Shown piece after piece: positions 1 through 7,348 of a stretch of DNA of 38,426 nt. The notes beneath the pieces are model-generated. The model ran no database searches. It was not told the DNA's origin and saw only the letters and a program-made list of their open reading frames with translations. The stretch covers positions 1 to 38,426 of the forward strand of contig JBLRXB010000002.1 of assembly GCA_047920915.1 (NCBI GenBank). Reading direction: 5' to 3'. Position 1 is the first letter of the stretch. Each line of letters starts with the position of its first letter. The translations under genes were made by a program, and so were the position numbers. This stretch comes from Kiritimatiellia bacterium. Lineage in GTDB: Bacteria > Verrucomicrobiota > Kiritimatiellia > UBA8416.

Positions 1-2
1 AT

Positions 3-440
3 GATGCCATACTTGGCAACCGGACGCTGGATTTTGTGATCATGTGCATTCCGATTGAACCTGCCTATCAAGCTGCGTTGCAGGCCGATCCGGATTTGCT
101 GTATTTGCAGGCCCAGGCACCGGTGGTGATTACCGGACCTTCGACTCTGATGATTACCCTAAAACTGATTGCCCAGATCTGGCGGCGGGAGAATGAAAAC
201 CGCAATGCCGAAAAAATTGCCGAACGCGCCGGGCGCATGCACGATCAGATTGTTCTGATCTATGAGGCCGTGGCCGATGCCCAGAAGAAGCTTGGTGGAA
301 CATCCGAGGCGCTCGATACGGCCATGAAGCGCTTGAAGGATGGCAAAGGCAATCTCTTCGGGCAGGCCGATAAGATCCGTATTCTGGGCGCAAAAGTAAG
401 TAAAGCCCTACCCGCCGAATTCGAAACAGACGACGAATAA
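3..440 (+). CDS. rmuC: DNA recombination protein RmuC, C-terminal fragment (5' end outside window)
   Basis: Frame 3 is open from the window edge. The translation DFVIMCIPIEPAYQAALQADPDL...GPSTLMITLKLIAQIWRRENENRNAEKIAERAG matches the conserved RmuC C-terminal core. Stop TAA at 438-440. Confidence 0.85.
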   Translation, partial: DAILGNRTLDFVIMCIPIEPAYQAALQADPDLLYLQAQAPVVITGPSTLMITLKLIAQIWRRENENRNAEKIAERAGRMHDQIVLIYEAVADAQKKLGGTSEALDTAMKRLKDGKGNLFGQADKIRILGAKVSKALPAEFETDDE

Positions 441-498
441 CCGTCCGTATTTTCTAGCACGTCACGTTACCGCCCCATAGCGGCATTACCGGCTATCG

Positions 499-1512
499 TT
501 ATGCTTGCTTGATCAGCGTTTCAGCAATTTGGATCGCGTTGAGGGCAGCACCTTTGCGAATATTATCGCCACAGACAAACAAGGAAAGTCCATTTTCGAC
601 ACTGGTATCTTCGCGGATACGTCCTACCAGGCAAGCATCCTCGCCATGGGCATCGCGCGGCATGGGGTACTGGCTGGCACCCAAATCGTCGATAACCCGG
701 ATGCCGGCAGCTTGATCAAGAATGCTGCGGGCTTCGGCCGCCGAGAGCGGCTTTGTGAATTCGAGGTTCAAGACTTCGGAATGACCATTGATTACGGCGA
801 CGCGCACACAGGTAGCACTTACCCGGATGGTGTCATCACCCAGAATCTTGCGTGTTTCAAATAGCATTTTAGCTTCTTCGGTCGTGTATCCGGGCAATTC
901 TTTTTTCGGACCGCCAATCTGGGGCAACAGGTTCAATAGAATCTGATGTGGATATACTTGCGGGGCAGGCATTTCTTTTCCCGCGTAGCCCGCCAATTGG
1001 CCTTCGAGTTCACGGACGGCGGCGGCACCAGACCCGGAGACAGCCTGGTAGGTAGCCGCAACCATACGGCGCAAACCGGCAGCACGGTGCAAGGGTCCAA
1101 CCGCCATAAGGGCAATGATCGTGCTACAATTGGGATTGGCGATCAGTCCTTGATGCGATGCCAGTGCCTCGGGGTTGATTTCAGGAATGACCAGCGGCAC
1201 GCGCGGATCCATACGGAAGTCGTCGCCGTTGTCGATAACAATCGCACCACGGCGTACAGCTTCCCAGCCAAACAATTGCGCGGCACCCTTCTCCCCTTCG
1301 GTACCGGCAAAGAAGGCAAAATCCAGTCCATCAAAGGCCGCGGGGGTTGTCTCGACAACATCAAAGGTCTCAGCCGCAATCGTTTCGCGGCGTGCACTGC
1401 GCGCCATGATACGTATTTCCGAGCAGGGGAACTGTCGCTCGCGTAAAACACGCAGCATTTCGACGCCCACCGCTCCTGCCCCTACGATACCAACACGATA
1501 TTCTTTTGCCAT
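499..1512 (-). CDS. asd: aspartate-semialdehyde dehydrogenase
   Basis: 337-aa ORF with an N-terminal Rossmann motif (VGIVGAGAVGVEMLRVL), the active-site region LIANPNCSTI, and full-length collinearity with short-form Asd. Confidence 0.93.
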   Translation of the reverse strand: MAKEYRVGIVGAGAVGVEMLRVLRERQFPCSEIRIMARSARRETIAAETFDVVETTPAAFDGLDFAFFAGTEGEKGAAQLFGWEAVRRGAIVIDNGDDFRMDPRVPLVIPEINPEALASHQGLIANPNCSTIIALMAVGPLHRAAGLRRMVAATYQAVSGSGAAAVRELEGQLAGYAGKEMPAPQVYPHQILLNLLPQIGGPKKELPGYTTEEAKMLFETRKILGDDTIRVSATCVRVAVINGHSEVLNLEFTKPLSAAEARSILDQAAGIRVIDDLGASQYPMPRDAHGEDACLVGRIREDTSVENGLSLFVCGDNIRKGAALNAIQIAETLIKQA

Positions 1513-1552
1513 AAGTACCTAACCTGCTGAAAACGCGCCCCACATCAAAAGA

Positions 1553-1626
1553 TGGTTGCCCGACTAGGACTCGAACCTAGACTGACTGATTCAGAGTCAG
1601 TAGTGCTACCATTACACCATCGGGCA
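1553..1626 (-). tRNA. tRNA-Gln (anticodon CUG), CCA encoded
   Basis: The reverse complement reads TGCCCGA-TG-GTGT-AATGGTA-GCAC-T-ACTGA-CTCTGAA-TCAGT-CAGT-CTAGG-TTCGAGT-CCTAG-TCGGGCA-A-CCA. It has a 7-bp acceptor stem with the U1-A72 pair typical of bacterial tRNA-Gln, a T-loop TTCGAGT, and an anticodon loop with U33-CUG-A37. Folded by hand. Confidence 0.85.
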
Positions 1627-1661
1627 GAGAAAAGTCTGCGTTTTTATCTTCAGATTGCGAA

Positions 1662-2750
1662 TTAGTCAACTCTCATAGGCATGAGGACATACAGGAAGGG
1701 AATATCGCACTTGATCACAGCCGGACTTAAACTGTCCGTCAGCTCGATCGCGATTTCATCATTCGCAAGGTTTTTGAGCGGATCCATCATGTAGTCTGGA
1801 TTGAATGCCACGGTGATTTCCTCGCCGCCATATTTGACCGGAATGGTTTCACGAGATTCACCGATATCGGGGGTATTGGTGGATACGACCAGGTTGTTGT
1901 CGGCAAATGTCAACTTGGTTGCGCTGGCTTTATCAGCCACCACGAGTGCCGCACGGCGCAGGGCAGTCAGCAGGGACTCACGCTCGACCATGACCCGCTG
2001 TTCGCATTGTGCGGGAATCACCTGGCGGAAATTGGGATAGGTTCCCTCGATGAGTTTGGACGATAGGACGATATTCTCGAGATCAAACACAACCTGGTTT
2101 TTGCGGGGATAGATGCGCACGGACCCACCCTCGGTGAGAATGTGCAGGAGCTCGGTGACCGCTTTGCTGGGAAGGATCATGTCGACGTCATCAGAAAATT
2201 CCACTTCATTTTCAACAAGTGCCAGGCGGCGTCCATCGGTTGCGACGGTCGTCAGTTTGCCATCGGCAAAACTCATGAGTACACCGTTGAGCACGAAACG
2301 GGTCTCGTCTGTGGAAGCGGCATAGGCTGTCTTCTTGAGCATTTCGCGAAAGACACCTTGCTCGATCTCGTAGGAAACATCGCCTTCAGGGCTGGGTAAC
2401 TGGGGATAATCTTCGGCCGACAAACCGATCAGCTTGAAGCGCGATTGTCCGCAGGTAACGATGCTTTGATCTTTATCATCGGTTTCGATATTGACCATCT
2501 CGCCGGGTAATTCGCGTACAATGCTGGAAAGCCGTTTTACGGGTAATGTGGTGCTACCTTCGCGTTCGACGCGTCCCACGATCCGACACCGCACGCTGAC
2601 GTCGAGATCGGTTGTTGACAAGGTTACCGTATCTTCCGAGGCAACAATCAATACGTTCGCGAGAATCGGGAGAGTATTGCGGCTACCAACTACACTTTGT
2701 ACAGCTTGCAAGCCGCCTGCTAAAACAGATTTTTCCACGCTCAATTTCAT
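1662..2750 (-). CDS. dnaN: DNA polymerase III beta sliding clamp
   Basis: The ORF track gives 1662..2789. I trimmed the start to the ATG at 2750 (MKLSVEKSVLAGGLQAVQSVV...), which has GGAGGA about 9 nt upstream. The 362-aa length and its position directly downstream of dnaA are classic. Confidence 0.94.
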   Translation of the reverse strand: MKLSVEKSVLAGGLQAVQSVVGSRNTLPILANVLIVASEDTVTLSTTDLDVSVRCRIVGRVEREGSTTLPVKRLSSIVRELPGEMVNIETDDKDQSIVTCGQSRFKLIGLSAEDYPQLPSPEGDVSYEIEQGVFREMLKKTAYAASTDETRFVLNGVLMSFADGKLTTVATDGRRLALVENEVEFSDDVDMILPSKAVTELLHILTEGGSVRIYPRKNQVVFDLENIVLSSKLIEGTYPNFRQVIPAQCEQRVMVERESLLTALRRAALVVADKASATKLTFADNNLVVSTNTPDIGESRETIPVKYGGEEITVAFNPDYMMDPLKNLANDEIAIELTDSLSPAVIKCDIPFLYVLMPMRVD

Positions 2751-3059
2751 TTTTGGTTTTCCTCCGGGGTGTCGGCCTACCGTTCCCATCTACTTACAGT
2801 AAGAATGTAATAGTATGTATCTTAATTCATTAATCTATTCAACATAATATAGCCTGTTGATTTGTTAATAACGCGCTTTTTTTCATTGGTAGCAGGGAAA
2901 GGAACGGTAGGCAGCCTGTTGATGAGTGTGGGTAGCGATTGATGAACGAATGATGACAAGCGCGGATCCGATGATAAGTCGGTAGTTATGATCATATTAT
3001 TGTATAGCTGTGAACAGGTTATGATAAAGAGGGCGAGTGGAACCATTCGCATGGCACGG
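2751..3059. other. AT-rich dnaA-dnaN spacer; candidate oriC segment / DNA-unwinding region
   Basis: 309-bp non-coding gap with a strongly AT-rich core around 2815-2890. Repeated short motifs are AGCCTGTTGAT at 2851-2861 and 2913-2923, TGATGA/TTATGAT-type words at about 2919, 2939, 2950, 2969, 2987 and 3019, and AACAGGTTAT at 3013-3022. The best DnaA-box-like word is only TGTGGGTAG (2927-2935). Confidence 0.4.
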
Positions 3060-4469
3060 TCAGAGCGCTGTTGCGCTGGCGTGGATATTTTTGCCCAGTT
3101 TGGTGGAGATGTCCTGGACCTGGCGGCGTAGATCCTGATCTACGTCCATACGGTTTTGAATAGTTGTGCATGCATGCATGACAGTGGCATGTGTTTTGTT
3201 GAACGCGGTGCCAATGTCAGGCAAAGAGGATGGTGTCAAGGAGCGGCATAGATACATGGCCACTTGACGGGGAACGGCAATCGAGCGTGGCCGGGCGGTA
3301 CTACTCATATCCGCCAAGCGGATGTCGTAGTGTGCCGCAACGGCTTTCTGGATGTCTGATAAGCTCAGTGCCGCTTGCTCTTCTTGTTCGATGGTATCGC
3401 GCAGCAAACGTTTGAGCGCCTCAAGTGAGAGCGGTTGTTGCGTTAATGACATAAAGGACACGGCGCGGACCAAGGCACCTTCGAGGCGGCGTACATTTGA
3501 ACGCACATTTTCGGCAATGAAATTAAGTACGCCTTCATCGACCGACAGTTTCATCTCACGCTGCTTGAAGCGCAGAATTGCCATTCTCGTTTCGAAGTCC
3601 GGCCGTTCCAGTTCGGTTACCAGTCCCCACTCGAACCGCGATACGAGGCGTTGTTCGAGTCCATTGATTTCGCTGGCAGGACGATCAGAAGTCATAATGA
3701 TTTGCTTGTGGGCATCGAACAGGGAGTTGAAGGTGTGAAAGAATTCTTCCTGGATGCGTTCCTTGCCGGATAGAAAGTGGATATCATCGATGAGCAACAG
3801 ATCGACGGTGCGGTAACGTTTGCGGAATTCGGTGATACTGCGTTTTTGCAGGGCATCGATGTACTCATTCAACAGGGTTTCACAGGTTACGTAGCAGATA
3901 TTGCGCGCACGGTTATTTTCGAGTACGGCATGTCCGATGGCTTGCATGAGGTGGGTTTTGCCAAGGCCGGTGCCGCCATAGATGAACAAGGGATTATAAG
4001 CTTTGGCAGGTGCTTCGCTGACGGCGAGTGCGGCGGCATGCGCAAAGCTGTTGGCAGGTCCCACCACGAACGTGCTCATCGTATATTTGGGATTGAGCTG
4101 CAGACGGGTCTCGTGGCGACGTGGCAGTAAGCGCTCGCGCAGCGTGCGGGATGCTTCGCTTTTGGGCTGAACGGCTGTTTCGGAAAAGCTAAATAGATCG
4201 ACCGGATTAACTGTGAAGGCGATCTTCCAGTCTTGACCGGATACGGCTCGCAACGCATCGCAAATCAGCGGCAGGTAATGTTCCTCGAGCCAGGACTGGT
4301 AGAAATCGTTATCCACGGCCAGATAAAGCGTGTCTTGTTCGGCGCGTACCGGCGAAATGACCGAAATCCAGCGCGAATAAACATCGGCATGCAAGGCATC
4401 GCGCAAGTGTTCGCATGCTTGTTGCCATAAAGAGTTGCTGTTAACCGTATCCATGAAAGCGGGCCCCAT
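3060..4469 (-). CDS. dnaA: chromosomal replication initiator protein DnaA
   Basis: Walker A GGTGLGKTHL, Walker B LLLIDDIHF, and the C-terminal DNA-binding domain (RSIAVPRQVAMYLCRSLT...IGTAFN.KTHATVMHA). An alternative in-frame ATG at 4454 (MDTVNSNSLWQQ...) is equally plausible. Neither start has a clear SD. Confidence 0.95.
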   Translation of the reverse strand: MGPAFMDTVNSNSLWQQACEHLRDALHADVYSRWISVISPVRAEQDTLYLAVDNDFYQSWLEEHYLPLICDALRAVSGQDWKIAFTVNPVDLFSFSETAVQPKSEASRTLRERLLPRRHETRLQLNPKYTMSTFVVGPANSFAHAAALAVSEAPAKAYNPLFIYGGTGLGKTHLMQAIGHAVLENNRARNICYVTCETLLNEYIDALQKRSITEFRKRYRTVDLLLIDDIHFLSGKERIQEEFFHTFNSLFDAHKQIIMTSDRPASEINGLEQRLVSRFEWGLVTELERPDFETRMAILRFKQREMKLSVDEGVLNFIAENVRSNVRRLEGALVRAVSFMSLTQQPLSLEALKRLLRDTIEQEEQAALSLSDIQKAVAAHYDIRLADMSSTARPRSIAVPRQVAMYLCRSLTPSSLPDIGTAFNKTHATVMHACTTIQNRMDVDQDLRRQVQDISTKLGKNIHASATAL

Positions 4470-4887
4470 CCGGCTAATAATTGGTTCATTCTTCTTGTCT
4501 CAAAAACGTGCTCATAGTCTGCCCTACACAAGTCTGAAACAAGAAAAAAAAATGAAACATATTAACAGGTTATTAACAGCTTGGCCTAACTGATTCTTAA
4601 TGCGGCACTTGCAAATGATCAATCAAGTCAGCGTCGGTCTTTTATGGGGCACTTATAAACACGGAATGTGCGTTACCCGTTGTAATGCCACGTAATTGAT
4701 GTGTATATTTGCAAATCTGTCACTGGCAACCACGATATAGGCATGATAAAAGCGATCGCGTAAGAGCACCCAATCAAGTATTCTGGTGCATTGTGCATTG
4801 TGAATCGGAGCGCCACGGCATGGTTGGTTAGCCCTTTTTGTTGACAGCCGTTTGTAAGTAGGGATTTCCAGGGGAAAGAATCGAAAA
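4470..4887. other. dnaA upstream / divergent promoter region; second oriC candidate segment
   Basis: 418-bp non-coding gap between divergent dnaA and the peptidase gene. It contains an A-run (4543-4551) and TATTAACAG at 4560-4568 and 4571-4579 (11-bp period). It also has AACAGGTTAT (4564-4573, also present in the dnaA-dnaN spacer), TTATAAACA (4653-4661, 7/9 to the DnaA box), and the tandem GTGCATT-GTGCATT-GTGAATC (4786-4806). Confidence 0.35.
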
Positions 4888-6027
4888 ATGTCTAAAAATG
4901 CAGGTACAAGTGCTTTGGTGCTGGCAGGTGCACCGGAATGGGACGCGGACTTGCTATATGTAACAGGTTTTTCGGCCCCCGATCCGATCGTATATGTGGC
5001 AGCGGGGTGCTGGCGGGTTATGATGGTCTCGGCATTGGAGTATGGCCGTGCGCGGGCCGCATGCCGTGCGTGCGGTATTCGTGTTCTGACGCCGCAGCAA
5101 GCTGGTCTGAATGGAGCTGCACGCCGCGACATCGCGTGCTGGATTCTGGCACTACTGGAGCAACGCGGCATATGCAAGGTGCGGGTTCCGGCCGCATTTC
5201 CGAGTGGCATATTGCGGCGACTGGAAAAAGCTGGCATTGCTGTGGATATTCTAACCAAGGAACCTTTTCCGCAGCGGCGTATCAAAACCGCGGATGAATT
5301 GCAGAAGATCACGGAAACGCAGCGCGCGGCTGTGATTGCGATGCGCGCAGCCATCGGGTTGCTTGCTGATAGCCAAGTCGACCAGGCGGGACTGTTGCGG
5401 ATGGGGCGTGCGATTGTTTCTGCGGAGATGGTGCAACGACGTGTCACGGATATTTTGTTGCGCCATGGCTGCTACTGCGGACAGACGATCGTGGCCTGTG
5501 GTGCGCAAGGCGCGGATCCACATGAACGCGGCAGTGGCCCCTTAGCGGCGCATCAACCGATCGTGATTGATATCTTTCCCCGGCATCAGGTCCACGGTTA
5601 CTGTGGCGATATTACGCGAACCGTAGTGAAGGGACAGGCTCCGCGCGCCTTGAAACACATGTATCATACAGTCAAAGGCGCACATGCCGCGGCGTTGCGC
5701 GAGGTACGCGCGGGTGCTGCCACCCGTACGGTGCATCAGGCTGCGGTGAACTGGATTGCGCGGCGCGGCTACCCTAGCGGTCATGACGAAAACGGTTTCT
5801 TTGGCTTTATGCATGCCACAGGGCATGGTCTGGGGCTGGCGTTACACGAAGCACCGTCGCTTGGGGGTAGCGGGCATACCCGGCTGCGCATCGGCGATGT
5901 GATTACGATCGAACCGGGGTTGTATTATCCAGAAATCGGCGGAATTCGGATTGAGGACACGGTCACGGTGACCGCGACCGGATGGCGCTATCTGGTGCCT
6001 TGCGAAAAGAACTGCGAGATTCCCTAA
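4888..6027 (+). CDS. M24-family Xaa-Pro aminopeptidase/dipeptidase
   Basis: C-terminal pita-bread fold motifs are present: GYCGDITRT, HATGHGLGLALHE, ITIEPGLY and GIRIEDTV (metal ligands). A creatinase-like N-terminal domain is also present. Confidence 0.88.
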   Translation: MSKNAGTSALVLAGAPEWDADLLYVTGFSAPDPIVYVAAGCWRVMMVSALEYGRARAACRACGIRVLTPQQAGLNGAARRDIACWILALLEQRGICKVRVPAAFPSGILRRLEKAGIAVDILTKEPFPQRRIKTADELQKITETQRAAVIAMRAAIGLLADSQVDQAGLLRMGRAIVSAEMVQRRVTDILLRHGCYCGQTIVACGAQGADPHERGSGPLAAHQPIVIDIFPRHQVHGYCGDITRTVVKGQAPRALKHMYHTVKGAHAAALREVRAGAATRTVHQAAVNWIARRGYPSGHDENGFFGFMHATGHGLGLALHEAPSLGGSGHTRLRIGDVITIEPGLYYPEIGGIRIEDTVTVTATGWRYLVPCEKNCEIP

Positions 6028-7307
6028 CCTTGAACGCGCCGTATATCTGCCCCGAGATGGCGCAGTTTGCGATCGACGTTCTCGTACCCGCGATCAATCA
6101 TATCGGCATTACCGATCCGGCTTTCGCCCTTGGCACACAAGGCTGCCAGCAGCAGTGAGATGCCGGCACGGATATCAGGGCTGTGCAGACGGGTAGCCTG
6201 CAAGTGCGCCGGTCCGCTTACGACAACACGGTGTGGATCGCACTGCACGATACGAGCGCCCATGTCAATCATCCGGTCGACAAAGTACATGCGGCTCTCG
6301 AACATTTTCTCGAACAGCAGGAGGGTGCCGTGGGCCTGCGTGGCCAGCACCAGTGTTACACCAAGCAGGTCGGAGGGAAAGTTGGGCCAGGGACCGTCTT
6401 CGATTTTTGGAATGGCGGCACCAAAATCGTTTTGCACCGCCAGTTTCTGATTGGGCGGAACATAGAGGCGCGTGTCTTGCAGGTTCCACTGCACACCAAG
6501 TTTCGCCCAGTGTTTGTCGATCACCATGAAGTCAGCCGGCGCGATGTTTTCGACGGTGAGTTCGCCGCCTGTTAGAATCGCGGCGGCCACAAAACTTGCG
6601 GCCTCGATCGTATCGGATGCGATACGATGATTGACACCGTGCAGCAGCTCAACCCCTTGAATCATCAAACGATTCGTACCGACGCCCTCGATCGAAGCCC
6701 CCATCGCATTCAGCATGCGGCATAGATCCTGGACATGCGGCTCACAAGCGGCATTGAAGATGGTAGAGGTCCCGGGTGCCAGGACGGCAGCCATGATGAT
6801 ATTTTCGGTAGCGGTGACACTGGCTTCATCCAGCAGAATATCGGCCGCGGCCAATTGGGTGCGCGTAAAGGTGCAGCTTCCGGCCGCATTGCGGCCGATC
6901 TCGATGCCGAGTTGTCGGAGTCCGTCCAGATGGGTATCGAAGCGCCTGCGGCCAATGCTATCGCCACCGGGCCGTGCAATGACGGCCTTGCCGTGCCGTG
7001 CCGCCATTGGACCTGCAAACAGGAGCGAGGTTCGCACCTTGCGGCAAAGGGCGGGATCAGGCACGCGTTTGCGTATGCCTTTGCTGCATAGCGCAACCTG
7101 ATGCCCCTTGCGGGAAATCTGCACCCCAAGGCCCTCCAGGATGGCGAGCATGGTTTCGACATCGCGGATGGCGGGTAGGTTCCGTAGTGTTACGACTTCA
7201 TCCGTAAGCAAGCATGCCGCCAGCATGGGGAGTGCGGCATTCTTGTTGCCAGGGCTGCGATGAACGCCATGCACAACGCGACCGCCGCGGATGATGAATT
7301 CCGACAT
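6024..7307 (-). CDS. murA: UDP-N-acetylglucosamine 1-carboxyvinyltransferase (Asp variant at the fosfomycin-target position)
   Basis: MSEFIIRGG...PGNKNAALPMLAACLL, and the active-site loop RPGGDSIGRRRFDTH aligns to E. coli LPGGCAIGARPVDLH. 427 aa. AAGGAG lies upstream. Confidence 0.92.
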   Translation of the reverse strand: MSEFIIRGGRVVHGVHRSPGNKNAALPMLAACLLTDEVVTLRNLPAIRDVETMLAILEGLGVQISRKGHQVALCSKGIRKRVPDPALCRKVRTSLLFAGPMAARHGKAVIARPGGDSIGRRRFDTHLDGLRQLGIEIGRNAAGSCTFTRTQLAAADILLDEASVTATENIIMAAVLAPGTSTIFNAACEPHVQDLCRMLNAMGASIEGVGTNRLMIQGVELLHGVNHRIASDTIEAASFVAAAILTGGELTVENIAPADFMVIDKHWAKLGVQWNLQDTRLYVPPNQKLAVQNDFGAAIPKIEDGPWPNFPSDLLGVTLVLATQAHGTLLLFEKMFESRMYFVDRMIDMGARIVQCDPHRVVVSGPAHLQATRLHSPDIRAGISLLLAALCAKGESRIGNADMIDRGYENVDRKLRHLGADIRRVQG

Positions 7308-7348
7308 AGTCCCCCACCCTCTCCTTGCGCGTGTGCGTCCGCGTGGGC

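Noticed and set aside
2822-3052. 76-aa ORF in the dnaA-dnaN spacer
   Set aside because: It is an AT-rich region with no SD and an Ile/Leu/Asn/Thr-rich translation typical of random frames in AT-rich DNA. The region is better explained as origin or regulatory DNA.
4309-4317. TTATCCACG (8/9 DnaA box) inside dnaA. Similar words occur at 25388-25396 and 947-955.
   Set aside because: They lie inside coding regions, and comparable near-matches occur at unrelated places in the window. They carry little information on their own.
4653-5447. 264-aa minus-strand ORF spanning the dnaA upstream spacer and the 5' part of the peptidase gene
   Set aside because: Its translation is Arg/Ala/Ser/Cys-rich with no motifs. 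It overlaps the convincing M24 peptidase frame.
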